Assembly: GCA_965205015.1 (NCBI GenBank)
Contig: OZ242029.1
Span: forward strand, 1,152,001-1,216,000
Length of the DNA: 64,000 bases
Direction: 5' to 3'
Source: Candidatus Poribacteria bacterium
Lineage (GTDB): Bacteria > Poribacteria > WGA-4E > WGA-3G
The position numbers and the translations under genes were made by a program. The notes under the pieces were generated by a model that was given only the letters and a program-made list of their open reading frames with translations, searched no databases and had not been told where the DNA came from. Positions 22,200 through 32,472 of this stretch are shown piece by piece. How positions within the stretch are numbered: position 1 is the stretch's first letter; each line of letters starts with the position of its first letter.

Positions 22200-22230
22200 A
22201 ACGCGTAATAACGAACGAGACTTGCGTTTG

Positions 22231-22752
22231 CTACTGTCTGCCGCCCCCACCACCACGACGATCACCACCACGAGCACGATTCATACGTTGCTGCATTTCT
22301 GTCTGCCGTTTTTTTGTCAATTCCTTGAGTTCCTTCATCTGTTCTTCCGTCAAAACCTCTTTGAGACTCGCTTGGAATTCGGGTCCGACTGTCGTGACAA
22401 GTTTCTGTATTTCAGACCGCATCGCTTGCCAATCACCGGAAGCACGTAATTCTGTCATCTTCGCTTCAAATTTGTCACGAGTCGTCTGATAGATAGGACG
22501 TGCTTTTATGAGTGTCTCATCGTCTACCTTCACAGCAAAAGTCAAGTCAATCCAAGAGTTATCAACCATGGACATAGGATTTATCATTCCCATCCCTCCG
22601 CCACCTCGGTTGCCACCTTGACGGTTTCCGCGTTGACCTTGTGCGTTCCGGTCGGGACGCTGTGCTGACGTTGCGTGTTCAAAAACAAACAAACCTACGA
22701 TTGCGATAACTGCGATTGCACCGATTGCCAAAAATTTCTGCTTCATTTTCAT
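22231..22752 (-). CDS. Hypothetical secreted helical protein with Gly/Arg-rich termini
   Basis: Signal peptide, GGAG RBS, LTEEQ motif reminiscent of Spy/CpxP LTXXQ proteins. Confidence 0.7.
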   Translation of the reverse strand: MKMKQKFLAIGAIAVIAIVGLFVFEHATSAQRPDRNAQGQRGNRQGGNRGGGGMGMINPMSMVDNSWIDLTFAVKVDDETLIKARPIYQTTRDKFEAKMTELRASGDWQAMRSEIQKLVTTVGPEFQASLKEVLTEEQMKELKELTKKRQTEMQQRMNRARGGDRRGGGGGRQ

Positions 22753-22987
22753 TTCTCCTATTGGAATTTCGATTGTGTGAATGCCTCAAACACTTTTTGA
22801 AAGGCGTTCACAATTGGGTTCTGCCTCTTTAGTCAGATGTGTTCGGAAAAGGTTCGTTTTTTATTTCTCTCTGCAAATGAGAAGATATGTTTATAACGAC
22901 TTAATATTGGTAGGCGTGGTTCCGTAATTTCCCAAAGATGCCCCGTGCGATTAGGTGAAAGACCCTACCAAGATTCAGGGACCCTTG

Positions 22988-23043
22988 TAGCACAAACTGT
23001 TAGTTTGTGTCTATGGGTGTCGCAAACTAACAGTTTGCGCTAC
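22988..23043. repeat. Long imperfect inverted repeat (REP-like)
   Basis: gtagcacaaactgttagtttgtg ... cgcaaactaacagtttgcgctac. Confidence 0.7.
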
Positions 23044-23161
23044 GAAAGAGAAAACTAAATAGCCCTATAACTTGGGCAATTCCCCTTGCAATTGTCCTTT
23101 ATACTCGTGTATAATTGGCATTATCCCAAATTCAATCGCCGAAAATACACGGAGAAAACTC

Positions 23162-24304
23162 GTGCCGACCCTCTATCTGAAAGGCTTCATAAGAGATGCG
23201 ACATATACACCACATCTCAATCCAGAGAAATTTGAGGCATACAATATAAGCCAATTTGATGTGAATCAAGCACAAGCATCCGGACTCATCAATTTGGGAA
23301 CATCAGGAAATAATTTGGCTTTTTCAAAATGGGTTTCGCCGAAACGGACGCGCTCTTACCCTTTCGCACGGATTTATAACACGTTCCATTTCAATACAAA
23401 AAAGGTAACAATCATTCCGATCATCAAAGATGAGGGCGCGGGTACACAGAATAATGACCGGATTAACTTCATCACATTTTCATGGATGAATCTCTTGAAC
23501 ATCTACATCATCTTAGCGTGGTATGAAAATGCGGAGAGAAAACCAAACACAACCGACCGAATTACTAATCAGATTCTGAACGTTGAAAGTGTGCGTGAGA
23601 AATTGTTTGAGGTGAGTCGGTATCAGATGACTGCGTTACATTGGAACACGACACACTTTGAGAGAGATTTTGAGGGAATTTACTTGAATGCAGTTGATGG
23701 ATACAAGAGAATATCCCAAGAGAGAAACGTCGCCGTTCACAGTCCCAAAAACCATCTACAGACCCTTGAAAAATTTAAGGTAGACGGTCATTTCAGTCTA
23801 ATATCCTTTAAAGAGGACAGTCTCCCACGCTCCTACGAAGCTGCTCATAGAGAATCCGTAACAACGCACATCTTAGAATCTCTTGAAGAAAATACCAAAG
23901 GTGTTTTCGACATTTCAAACTATCTTGGGGGACAGTATTATTTAACCGCCGATGAAGTTTACTGGGAGAACAATCAGTTAGTCATACAAGAATCTAAAAA
24001 CAGTAGCAGAGGGAAACTTCCGGCTGAAGATGACATCAAGGACGGACTGTTCAAACTGATTCTTTTTGCGAATATGGAAGAAGTAGCAATTGATGAAAGA
24101 ACAAATATCCAGTTTACCACCCGATTGAAACTAACAGGTGATCTCATTGGTAACCTGCTTCTACCTTGTGCTACAGAGGATGTGTTTAATTTTTGTGCAG
24201 AAAATCGTTTGACCCAAACACATCAAAAAAGACTCATTTTGCTTAACCAAGAAGCACGTCAAAATAACAGATTACAAATATGGATAACCGGTCGCCATGC
24301 GTAA
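23162..24304 (+). CDS. Putative type II restriction endonuclease (PD-(D/E)XK-like)
   Basis: AT-rich ORF overlapping a DNA adenine methyltransferase; ADEV...IQESKN resembles a PD-(D/E)XK core; GTG start after GGAG; promoter TTGCAA-N18-TATAAT at 23086-23115. Confidence 0.6.
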   Translation: MPTLYLKGFIRDATYTPHLNPEKFEAYNISQFDVNQAQASGLINLGTSGNNLAFSKWVSPKRTRSYPFARIYNTFHFNTKKVTIIPIIKDEGAGTQNNDRINFITFSWMNLLNIYIILAWYENAERKPNTTDRITNQILNVESVREKLFEVSRYQMTALHWNTTHFERDFEGIYLNAVDGYKRISQERNVAVHSPKNHLQTLEKFKVDGHFSLISFKEDSLPRSYEAAHRESVTTHILESLEENTKGVFDISNYLGGQYYLTADEVYWENNQLVIQESKNSSRGKLPAEDDIKDGLFKLILFANMEEVAIDERTNIQFTTRLKLTGDLIGNLLLPCATEDVFNFCAENRLTQTHQKRLILLNQEARQNNRLQIWITGRHA

Positions 24305-25133
24305 ATTAGCCAAAAGCCCACTGCGATATCCAGGAGGAAAATCAAGAGCACTCAAACAGATTTTGCCGCTGATTCCGGTGAATATATCGGAATTCCGAGA
24401 GCCTTTTGTGGGTGGGGGATCTGTCTTTTTTGCCATCCGAAGCCTCTTTCAAAACCGCATTAAATCCTATTGGATTAACGATCTCAACTACGACCTTTAC
24501 TGCTTTTGGAAACAGGCAAGAGATCATGGCTCCGGTTTAGTTGACGCACTTATAGAAAAACGCTCAACCGCTACAGATGGGCGGATCCTATTTGAAGAAC
24601 TAACAGAGGCAAAAGATAAACTGAGCCAAAATCGAGAACTTCTCTGTGAATTTCAACGTGCTGTGCGCTTCTTTGTGCTCAATCGCATTACTTTTTCTGG
24701 AACGGTGGATTCCGGCGGATATTCGCAATCTGCCTATGAGAAGCGTTTCACGGACTCATCTATCGAACGTGTAAAAAACATTTGTCCCTATCTCTCCGGT
24801 GTCAAAATTACGAACGGAGATTATACCGAGGCACTTTTTCAAGATGGAGATCCCGATGTATTTCTTTTTCTCGATCCACCCTATTGGAGGGCAACTGAAT
24901 CAAAATTGTACGGGGTGAGAGGCGCACTGCATACGGCTTTTGACCATGTGCAATTCGCTGAGAATATGAGGGAGTGCCGACACAAATGGTTGATCACTTA
25001 TGACGACTCGCCCGTCATCCGGGACCTCTTCGATTTTGCTGAGATTCAGGAATGGACGCTGCAATACGGGATGAACAATTACCGACAAGGAAACGCACCA
25101 AAAGGCAAAGAGCTGTTTATTAAAAATTACTGA
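24297..25133 (+). CDS. DNA adenine methyltransferase (Dam/D12 class)
   Basis: PLRYPGGKS, EPFVGGGSVF, INDLN, FLDPPY motifs. Confidence 0.92.
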   Translation: MRKLAKSPLRYPGGKSRALKQILPLIPVNISEFREPFVGGGSVFFAIRSLFQNRIKSYWINDLNYDLYCFWKQARDHGSGLVDALIEKRSTATDGRILFEELTEAKDKLSQNRELLCEFQRAVRFFVLNRITFSGTVDSGGYSQSAYEKRFTDSSIERVKNICPYLSGVKITNGDYTEALFQDGDPDVFLFLDPPYWRATESKLYGVRGALHTAFDHVQFAENMRECRHKWLITYDDSPVIRDLFDFAEIQEWTLQYGMNNYRQGNAPKGKELFIKNY

Positions 25134-25146
25134 GAGGAATCGCGAT

Positions 25147-26055
25147 ATGGAGTGGAAAGATGCGCTGCTGGACATCGTAAAGGATTCAGGTTCACGGATC
25201 CGGTTTGGGGAACCGCTCGCAAAGCATACCTACTTCGGCATCGGTGGCGAAGCGACTGCTTACATTGAAGTTAGCACGGTAAACCAATTGGCAGCACTGG
25301 CTCGATTCCATCGGCAGTGGGAGGTTCCAGTTGCCATCATTGGTCGTGGCTCAAATCTGCTGGTGAGCGATACCGGCTTCGACGGCATCAGTGTCAGGTT
25401 AGTCGGGGAGTTGGCGAAACTACAGGTTGATGGGAAGGTTGTTTCGGTCGGCGCAGGTCTTTCGCTGCCGAGACTCTCAAAGGTGATGTCTCGAGGGGGT
25501 CTGAGTGGTGTGGAATTTGCGCTCGGTATCCCCGGTTCCGTCGGCGGGGCATTGATTATGAACGCTGGCGCATGGGGGAGTAGTTTTGGGGATGTCGTTA
25601 CAGATGTCACGGTCATGAATGATACGGGTGAACGTGTCACCTTAACCCACGCCGAAGCAGAATTTGAATACCGACGCAGCGGCTTGGACGCTTATTTCTG
25701 TGTCATAGGCGCGACGCTGAGACTCGAACCCGGAGATGCCGATACAATCACGACACGGATGCAAGCGTTTTACAAGCAGAAAGTCGAAACGCAACCCTTC
25801 GCCGAAGAGAATGCGGGATGTATGTTCAAGAATCCCCCCGGCGATTCTGCGGGACGGCTGATCGACATCAGCGGTCTGAAAGGGCATCGTATCGGGGGTG
25901 CAGAGGTGTCCACGGTCCACGGCAATTTTATTCTCAATATCGACAACGCGACAGCAGCGGATGTGCTGGCGTTAGTCGCTTACATCCAAGAGCAGGTCCG
26001 CGAAAAGACAGGGATCTCCCTACACACCGAGGTAAAACGGTTGGGGTTTGATTAG
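25147..26055 (+). CDS. murB: UDP-N-acetylenolpyruvoylglucosamine reductase
   Basis: GIGG, GRGSNLLVSD, GIPGSVGGALIMNAGA, GCMFKNP, HGNFI. Confidence 0.95.
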   Translation: MEWKDALLDIVKDSGSRIRFGEPLAKHTYFGIGGEATAYIEVSTVNQLAALARFHRQWEVPVAIIGRGSNLLVSDTGFDGISVRLVGELAKLQVDGKVVSVGAGLSLPRLSKVMSRGGLSGVEFALGIPGSVGGALIMNAGAWGSSFGDVVTDVTVMNDTGERVTLTHAEAEFEYRRSGLDAYFCVIGATLRLEPGDADTITTRMQAFYKQKVETQPFAEENAGCMFKNPPGDSAGRLIDISGLKGHRIGGAEVSTVHGNFILNIDNATAADVLALVAYIQEQVREKTGISLHTEVKRLGFD

Positions 26056-26163
26056 GGCAGGCACAAGACCTGTTTGGGCAGGCACAAGACCTGTTTGGGC
26101 AGGCACAAGACCTGTTTGGGCAGGCACAAGACCTGTTTGGGCAGGCACAAGACCTGCCCCTAC
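26055..26163 (+). repeat. Tandem array of five 21-bp REP-like palindromes
   Basis: (gggcaggcacaagacctgttt)x4 plus gggcaggcacaagacctgcccctac; a single related copy near 27388-27411. Confidence 0.9.
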
Positions 26164-26166
26164 GTG

Positions 26167-27360
26167 TTAAGGTCGGATAACTGTGCCGTCCATCCGCCGC
26201 ACGGGTGCCCAACCGCCGTTGAGTGGATCTTCTGGGAACGGGAATCGCGCTGCGAGTTCCTCATCTACATCGATACCGAGACCCGGTGCCTCATTTATCC
26301 AAAAACAACCCTCTCGAATTTCGGGACACCCCGGGAAGACCTCTTTGGTATTTTCACCAAAGACATGCTGCTCCTGAATACCGAAATTATAGCATGCGAG
26401 ATCCAGCGCAACGTTGGCGGCATGTCCAACAGGCGAGACATCGCCAGGACCGTGCCATGCCGTGCGTACACCGAAGAATTCACAGAACGCAGCGAGTTTA
26501 CGGGCAGGACTGATACCCCCGATTTGCGAGATATGCACTCGGATAAAGTCGATAAGCCGATCCTTGATAAGGTGGACGTACTCGTTCGGGTTGTTGAACA
26601 ATTCACCCATCGCAATCGGGATACTCGTCTGTTGACGCATGAGTTGGAAATAGTCAACATCTTCGGGAGCAAACGGGTCTTCAAGGAAGAAGAGATTATA
26701 CGGTTCCAGTCCTTTCGCGAGATTAATCGCTTGGATGGGCGGGATACGTTCATGCACGTCGTGGAGGAGTTCTACCTCGTCGCCGAGATGTGTCCGCAAA
26801 TGATCGAAAAGTTTGATGACGGTATTGACATAAGGTGTCGGTTCAAAAGCGGGTGAACTTCGTCTTCCGGCACCTGCACCATACGTCGAATACCCCGGTA
26901 TTGCCACCTGTGCGCGGACATAGCGATACCCCTGCTCCATATAACGGCGGATGTTCTCCGCCACCTCCTCGAAAGTGCCACCACCCGCGTGTGCGTAAAG
27001 CGTTGCAGCCTCTCGACATTTACCACCGAGCAGTTGATAGACAGGCATGTTCGCACGCTTGCCCATGATGTCCCACAAGGCGATGTCCACACCGCTGAGC
27101 GCGTTGTTCAGCACTGGACCGTTCCGCCAATAGGAGCTGACAAAACTGGTCTGGAAGATGTCCTCTATGTTCGTCGGATCTTTTCCGATGAGAAAGGGTT
27201 TGAGATATTCATCGACTGCGGTTGCTACAGCGAGCGGACGCTGTGTAAATGTCGCACACCCGATTCCGTATAAGCCGGGTTCACTCGTTTCAATCTTAAC
27301 AACGACGAGCCGAGTCCCGTTGGGTGCCGTCAAAATCGTTTTCACATCCGTAATTTTCAT
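26167..27360 (-). CDS. Enolase superfamily acid-sugar dehydratase (RspA/mannonate dehydratase-like)
   Basis: MKITDVK, SYWRNGP, LLHDVHER, FLEDP, MGELF, WHGPGD. Confidence 0.88.
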   Translation of the reverse strand: MKITDVKTILTAPNGTRLVVVKIETSEPGLYGIGCATFTQRPLAVATAVDEYLKPFLIGKDPTNIEDIFQTSFVSSYWRNGPVLNNALSGVDIALWDIMGKRANMPVYQLLGGKCREAATLYAHAGGGTFEEVAENIRRYMEQGYRYVRAQVAIPGYSTYGAGAGRRSSPAFEPTPYVNTVIKLFDHLRTHLGDEVELLHDVHERIPPIQAINLAKGLEPYNLFFLEDPFAPEDVDYFQLMRQQTSIPIAMGELFNNPNEYVHLIKDRLIDFIRVHISQIGGISPARKLAAFCEFFGVRTAWHGPGDVSPVGHAANVALDLACYNFGIQEQHVFGENTKEVFPGCPEIREGCFWINEAPGLGIDVDEELAARFPFPEDPLNGGWAPVRRMDGTVIRP

Positions 27361-27429
27361 GTTTTTAATTTTCCTTGCGGTTAAATAGGGGGCAGGTACA
27401 AGACCTCCCCCCACCGAAATCTGCCTATT

Positions 27430-29544
27430 TCATTCCTGCCTCGCCAAAATAAGATTCTGGTAGCCATCAACAACGGCAGAGAAATTTGGGGGTATTACAG
27501 TCGTCGCACTAAATTCTGTCACAATCGCGGGACCTACGATTCGATTGCCAGGCCGCAACGCCTCACGCTGGTAGAGATCGGTCGGGAGTGCTTCACCTTC
27601 AAAGATAACAGGATTCTGGACGGTAAAATCTTCAGAAGCATCAGCATCAACGATCGGAATTGACTGGATGGGCGGTTTATCGGTCTCTCCAGTGGCTGCA
27701 AGCCGAAGGTTCACCACCTCCACTGGGGCATCGGTTCGGGCATAGCCAAATCGCAACGCATGTGCGGCGTGAAATTTTTCAACAAGGGTTTCCACTATTT
27801 CAGTTGAAGGCGTCTGTTCCGTGATAAAACATGGGATATTCAATTCATAAGACTGTCCCTGATATCGCATATCGAGCGAACAGTCAATTTTAAGCTGTCG
27901 CGGGACGAACCCCTCACTTTTCATCTCATTCTCTGCCCGAGCCAAGAGTGTGTTAAAACCCGTGTTTAATGCTTTAACGAGATTTCCGTCATCTTCATCG
28001 CTCCTTTTAAACTGCCATAGCACTGTCTGCGAGTAATCTTTAACGACATCTGCAAAGAGCATCCCGTAAGCAGAGAGTAAACCTCCGTTTGGTGGAATCA
28101 GCACTGTTTTAATGCCGAGATTCTCCGCCATAAATGCGGCATGCAAACCGCCAGCACCGCCGAAGGAGATGAGCGTGAAATCGCGCGTATCGAATCCGCG
28201 CTCCACAGAGATGACTTTGATGGCGCGCTCCATTGCGGCGTTGGCAACCTTAAGAATACCATCCGCTGCTTGCAAGGGTGGAACGCCGAGAAGCTTCGCA
28301 AATTCTTCAATGTGTGCGCGGGCTTTATCGGAGTCAAGGGACATCGCCCCCCCCAAAAACTCGGTCGCCGCGATACGCCCTAAGTAGAGGTTTGCGTCAG
28401 TTACCGTGACATCCTCCCCGTTATTCCCGTAGCAGATGGGACCTGGATCTGCGCCGGCACTCTCCGGTCCGACGCGGAGTGCGCCCCCTGCATCTACGGT
28501 CGCAATAGAACCACCCCCTGCACCGACGGTGTGAATATCAATCAGCGGAACTTTGATCGGAAGCCCACTAATCGTACTCTCGGTCGTGAGAGAGATGCCG
28601 CCATTGCAGAGGCTCACATCCGTTGAAGTGCCCCCCATATCAAACGTGATGATCCGGTCGTAGCCGGCAGCCTTGGCGACTTGATACGCCCCAATAACAC
28701 CCCCAGCGGGACCGGAAAGGACTGTGCGGATACCTGCGGATTCAAAGTTCTTCGCAGAGATACACCCCCCGTTGGAGAGCATCAAACGGAAGGCCGCTGA
28801 AAACTGCTCGGCATCGATCAGCGTCGAGAGATGCCGTTCCAAAGTCGGCCGGATATACGCGTTCGCGACTGTTGTGCTGAAGCGCGCATACTCTCGATAT
28901 TCCGGTAAGACTTCGTGTGAACATGAAACGGGGACATCAAGCCGTGAGAGGTATTTCGCCACAATCTGTTCGTTCCGTGGATTGACGTAGGCAAAGAGGA
29001 AACAGACAGCGATGGCATCCAGTTCCAATGTAGCGAGTTTGGAGGCGAGTGCCTCTAAATCGCTGGGTTCAATCTCGGTCTGGATTTCACCTGTGTGCAG
29101 GGTCCGTTCTGATATACCGAAGCGTCTATCGGCAGGGACAAGCGGCGCGGGACGTTCCACGAAGAAATCATAGAGGTCCGGCCGTGCCTGTCTGCCTATC
29201 TCTAAAACGTCCTCAAAATCTTTCGTTGTGACGAGGGCGATACGCGCCCCCCTGCGCTCAAGAAGCGCGTTCGTGGCGACCGTAGAGCCGTGGACGATGT
29301 CCGGTTTCTGTTCAGTATCGGGGTCGTGCTGATGCAGGATTTCACTCACACCTTGTATGACAGCAAGGGCAGGATTCTGCGGTGTGGACAAGACTTTATG
29401 CGTGAACAGATCGCCATCTATACGCATCACAATGTCGGTGAAGGTGCCCCCCGTATCAACCCCAATACTTTTTAGTGGCTCTCGACTCTCAGGACGTTCG
29501 CTACGCTCACTTTCGGTTTCTTTGGTTTGTTGGTAGTTAGACAT
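27430..29544 (-). CDS. Hydantoinase/oxoprolinase family protein (A subunit)
   Basis: GVDTGGTFTD, HGSTVATNALLE, SGPAGG, DMGGTSTD, GAGGGSI, SAGADPGP. Confidence 0.92.
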   Translation of the reverse strand: MSNYQQTKETESERSERPESREPLKSIGVDTGGTFTDIVMRIDGDLFTHKVLSTPQNPALAVIQGVSEILHQHDPDTEQKPDIVHGSTVATNALLERRGARIALVTTKDFEDVLEIGRQARPDLYDFFVERPAPLVPADRRFGISERTLHTGEIQTEIEPSDLEALASKLATLELDAIAVCFLFAYVNPRNEQIVAKYLSRLDVPVSCSHEVLPEYREYARFSTTVANAYIRPTLERHLSTLIDAEQFSAAFRLMLSNGGCISAKNFESAGIRTVLSGPAGGVIGAYQVAKAAGYDRIITFDMGGTSTDVSLCNGGISLTTESTISGLPIKVPLIDIHTVGAGGGSIATVDAGGALRVGPESAGADPGPICYGNNGEDVTVTDANLYLGRIAATEFLGGAMSLDSDKARAHIEEFAKLLGVPPLQAADGILKVANAAMERAIKVISVERGFDTRDFTLISFGGAGGLHAAFMAENLGIKTVLIPPNGGLLSAYGMLFADVVKDYSQTVLWQFKRSDEDDGNLVKALNTGFNTLLARAENEMKSEGFVPRQLKIDCSLDMRYQGQSYELNIPCFITEQTPSTEIVETLVEKFHAAHALRFGYARTDAPVEVVNLRLAATGETDKPPIQSIPIVDADASEDFTVQNPVIFEGEALPTDLYQREALRPGNRIVGPAIVTEFSATTVIPPNFSAVVDGYQNLILARQE

Positions 29545-29596
29545 TGATTTTCTCTTATGCGGGCTGGGGAACCTCAACCCCTACGGCTGCTGGCTA

Positions 29597-30556
29597 TTAG
29601 ACAACTACATTCTGTGGTGTGCCTTCCAAAAAAGCGATGATATTGTCGACTGCCCCCTCATTCAGGAGCTCAACTCCTTCAGGTGTCATGTCCGCACAAT
29701 GTGGGGTCAAAATTACCTGCTCGCATTCCAGAAGTGGGTGGTCCACCGGAGGCGGTTCCTGATCATAGACATCAATAGCGGCACCCCCGAGGTGTCCGCC
29801 GTTCAACGCAGCAACCAACGCGTCTGTATCAATGACGCCGCCACGTGCGACATTGATGAGGAGCGCGTCCTGCTTCATCAAACCGAGTTCACGTTCCCCG
29901 ATGAGGTGGTGACTCTCCGCTGTCAGCCTAACGTGCAGACTCACAACATCGGCGGTACGGAGCAGTTCATCCAATGGAACAAACTGAACTCCCAACGCCG
30001 CTGCGCGTGCCGCTGAAGGGTGATACGTCCAGGCGATAACGTTCATCCCAATTGCACGTCCAAGACGCGCCATCTCCGCCCCGATATGTCCAGTGCCTAT
30101 AACTCCCAAGGTTTTGCCTTGAAGGTAGATGTTGTCCATACGGGGCCATTCACCCGCCTTCATAGCCGTTGTCAGAAATGCCGCCCGTTTGGCGAGGGCG
30201 AACATCAGTCCAAACCCGTGTTCCGCTACAACTGGAGCGGTGCGTCCAGGTTGATTGCAAACGGTAATTCCACGCTTTTTCGCTTCATCAAGCCCAATCA
30301 TATCGGTACCGATAGAGCAGAGCGAAATCAACTTGAGCTTCGGAAGTTGGCGTAGGATTTCCGCGGGCCATTTGACGATGCCGCGTGAATTGATGAGGAT
30401 ATCTGCATCTCCTGCACGGCGAATTTTTTCTTCGGGAGTTTCAGGGCGATCGGTGTAGAGAACAACATCGCCATAGGGTTCCAGACGTTCCAGATGCGGC
30501 GAGCCTTGGATTTGCGGTGGTGAATCACCGGGAACAACGATTTTAAGCTTGTTCAC
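29597..30556 (-). CDS. D-2-hydroxyacid dehydrogenase family protein
   Basis: GVIGTGHIG, INVARG, DVYDQEP, LTPH. Confidence 0.9.
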   Translation of the reverse strand: MNKLKIVVPGDSPPQIQGSPHLERLEPYGDVVLYTDRPETPEEKIRRAGDADILINSRGIVKWPAEILRQLPKLKLISLCSIGTDMIGLDEAKKRGITVCNQPGRTAPVVAEHGFGLMFALAKRAAFLTTAMKAGEWPRMDNIYLQGKTLGVIGTGHIGAEMARLGRAIGMNVIAWTYHPSAARAAALGVQFVPLDELLRTADVVSLHVRLTAESHHLIGERELGLMKQDALLINVARGGVIDTDALVAALNGGHLGGAAIDVYDQEPPPVDHPLLECEQVILTPHCADMTPEGVELLNEGAVDNIIAFLEGTPQNVVV

Positions 30557-30586
30557 AAGGCGTTCCTTCCATAAATCACAGTCAAA

Positions 30587-31015
30587 CTAAGATTTTTTAT
30601 TTTCTGGGGGTTCAGGACGGGGTTCGTTAAATTCAATCCCTTTCGCTTCGGCTTCTCTGCGGCGTTGCTCCCAGGCGGCTTGCATCTCTTGATACGCCTC
30701 TTGATATGCCTCCGCTCTGCCTTTTGAAATCAGTTTTTTGTCTCTTTTCAGAGATTCTCTCAAACGTATAAACATGATATCGATTCCCTCCTCAAGCAGA
30801 ATGAAAATTGTAGCATTTCCCATAAAAATTGGGGCATTTTTATAGAGGGAGATGAGCACCCCACCCCAACTTTTTCCCATCAGATTTTTCTCGTATAGCA
30901 CACCGATAATTAGGTAGCCAAGAGTTAGCATCGCAAAGGTTACGACGGCAATTTCAGCACTACGAACGGTGAATAACGATGTCCGCTGATCTTCTTCTCT
31001 ATTCTTTTCTTCCAT
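30587..31015 (-). CDS. Hypothetical membrane protein
   Basis: Two hydrophobic segments followed by a charged helical tail (AWEQRRREAEAKGIEFNEPRP); extended -10 TGcTAAAAT just upstream. Confidence 0.65.
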   Translation of the reverse strand: MEEKNREEDQRTSLFTVRSAEIAVVTFAMLTLGYLIIGVLYEKNLMGKSWGGVLISLYKNAPIFMGNATIFILLEEGIDIMFIRLRESLKRDKKLISKGRAEAYQEAYQEMQAAWEQRRREAEAKGIEFNEPRPEPPENKKS

Positions 31016-31081
31016 AGGTATTCCATTTTAGCATAGAAACAGCTTGAATTCCAGACAAACTTCTGAGGACTGTCGTTAGCC

Positions 31082-32248
31082 TCAACGGACGGCAAAACAT
31101 TTCCGATACAGTGCGACGATCTCTTCCACCGTTGCTTGCCGTGGATTGTTAGCAGGACTTCCACTCGCAATCGCGTCCTCTGCCATCCGTTCAATGACCG
31201 CCTCGAACTTTTCCCTGTCAATGCCGATTTCACCGAGTCGTGGCATCTGAATATCGGTGACAAGCCGTTCCACGGCATCAATCGCTGCATCCGCCTGCTC
31301 CATCGGTGACAATCCATCAATCGGCTCACCCATAGCGTAGGCAATATCGGCAAAGCGAGCAGGTGCACCGACGACGCTAAATTCCATCACATCCCGTAAC
31401 AATACCGAATTTGACAACCCGTGGTGGATGTGGAAATACGCACCGATGGGACGCGACATTCCGTGAACTAAAGCCACAGATGAATTGCTGAACGCCATCC
31501 CTGCGATAGACGCGCCGATCATCATATCCGTGCGAGCAGGGATATTTTCACCGTCCGCCCACGCCTGGCGAAGCGAACCGGAAATCATATCAATCGCCTT
31601 CAAGGCGAGGGCATCGGTTATCGGTTGGGCGCGTTTGGAGATGTATGCCTCTATTGCGTGCGTCAAGGCATCCACACCGACTGCCGCGGTCAGATGTGGT
31701 GGCGTCGTCAGGGATAGCATCGGATCCACCAATGCAACAGATGCCAACAGACACGGGCTACTGAGCATCATCTTGACATTCCGCTCAGTATCGGTGATGA
31801 CAGTAACTTTGGAGACTTCGCTACCCGTCCCGCCTGTGGTTGGTATCGCGATGAGAGGGGCACCCGGATTCGGGATCTTGTCCACCCCCATGTAATCGGC
31901 GAAATCGCCGTCGTTCGTTAGCTTCATGGCGATGCCTTTTCCACAGTCGATCGCGCTTCCGCCACCGATGCTTACAATGACATCGCAGGCTTCATCAGCA
32001 TATTGCTTTAAGCCGTCTTGCACGTTCTGTAAAGTTGGATCGGGTGTTACATCGGAGAAACAGGTGCTACTTATACCAGCAGCACGTAAATTTTGTGCGA
32101 TCTTGTCGGCGTATCCGATCTTAGCGATACCCGGATCCGTCACGATGAGAGCATTCGTCGCGCCGATCCGCTTCGCCTGTTTGCCGACGTTTTCGGACGC
32201 GCCTGTCCCTGTAATTATTGTGGATGGAAGCATTAATGTCGCAGACAA
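31082..32248 (-). CDS. Iron-containing alcohol dehydrogenase
   Basis: GGGSAID, PTTGGTGSE, DALTHAIE, HGMSR, HHGLSN. Confidence 0.92.
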   Translation of the reverse strand: MSATLMLPSTIITGTGASENVGKQAKRIGATNALIVTDPGIAKIGYADKIAQNLRAAGISSTCFSDVTPDPTLQNVQDGLKQYADEACDVIVSIGGGSAIDCGKGIAMKLTNDGDFADYMGVDKIPNPGAPLIAIPTTGGTGSEVSKVTVITDTERNVKMMLSSPCLLASVALVDPMLSLTTPPHLTAAVGVDALTHAIEAYISKRAQPITDALALKAIDMISGSLRQAWADGENIPARTDMMIGASIAGMAFSNSSVALVHGMSRPIGAYFHIHHGLSNSVLLRDVMEFSVVGAPARFADIAYAMGEPIDGLSPMEQADAAIDAVERLVTDIQMPRLGEIGIDREKFEAVIERMAEDAIASGSPANNPRQATVEEIVALYRKCFAVR

Positions 32249-32258
32249 TTTTTAATTC

Positions 32259-32459
32259 CTATGGTGATTTCCCGCCCAACCGTGTGTGATGATGAAAGAT
32301 TTCTATCCACTCATCAACAATCTCGCATAACTGCCGATACACTTCGATTTCATCAGGACCATGAGCACACGGACCGATGATTCCCGGACAATATCCGATG
32401 AAGCATTCGTCTTCGTCCGACCATTCAACGATCTTGACGTACTTGGCACTTTCAGTCAT
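32259..32459 (-). CDS. HicB-like antitoxin N-terminal domain, probably truncated
   Basis: IVEWSDEDECFIGYCPG...CAHG.DE.EV..QL.EIVDEWI resembles the HicB RNase-H-like domain; GGAG RBS; no hicA adjacent. Confidence 0.6.
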   Translation of the reverse strand: MTESAKYVKIVEWSDEDECFIGYCPGIIGPCAHGPDEIEVYRQLCEIVDEWIEIFHHHTRLGGKSP

Positions 32460-32472
32460 CTTTGAGACTCCT

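Noticed and set aside
24297-25133. Housekeeping dam for methyl-directed mismatch repair
   Set aside because: It is coupled to a probable endonuclease in an AT-rich unit, and MutL here retains its own endonuclease motifs, implying MutH-independent repair.
26055-26163. Possible CRISPR array
   Set aside because: Units are contiguous with no unique spacers; no cas genes in the window.
26074-26856. 260-aa ORF starting with GRHKTCL repeats
   Set aside because: Repeat-derived start and antisense to the dehydratase gene.
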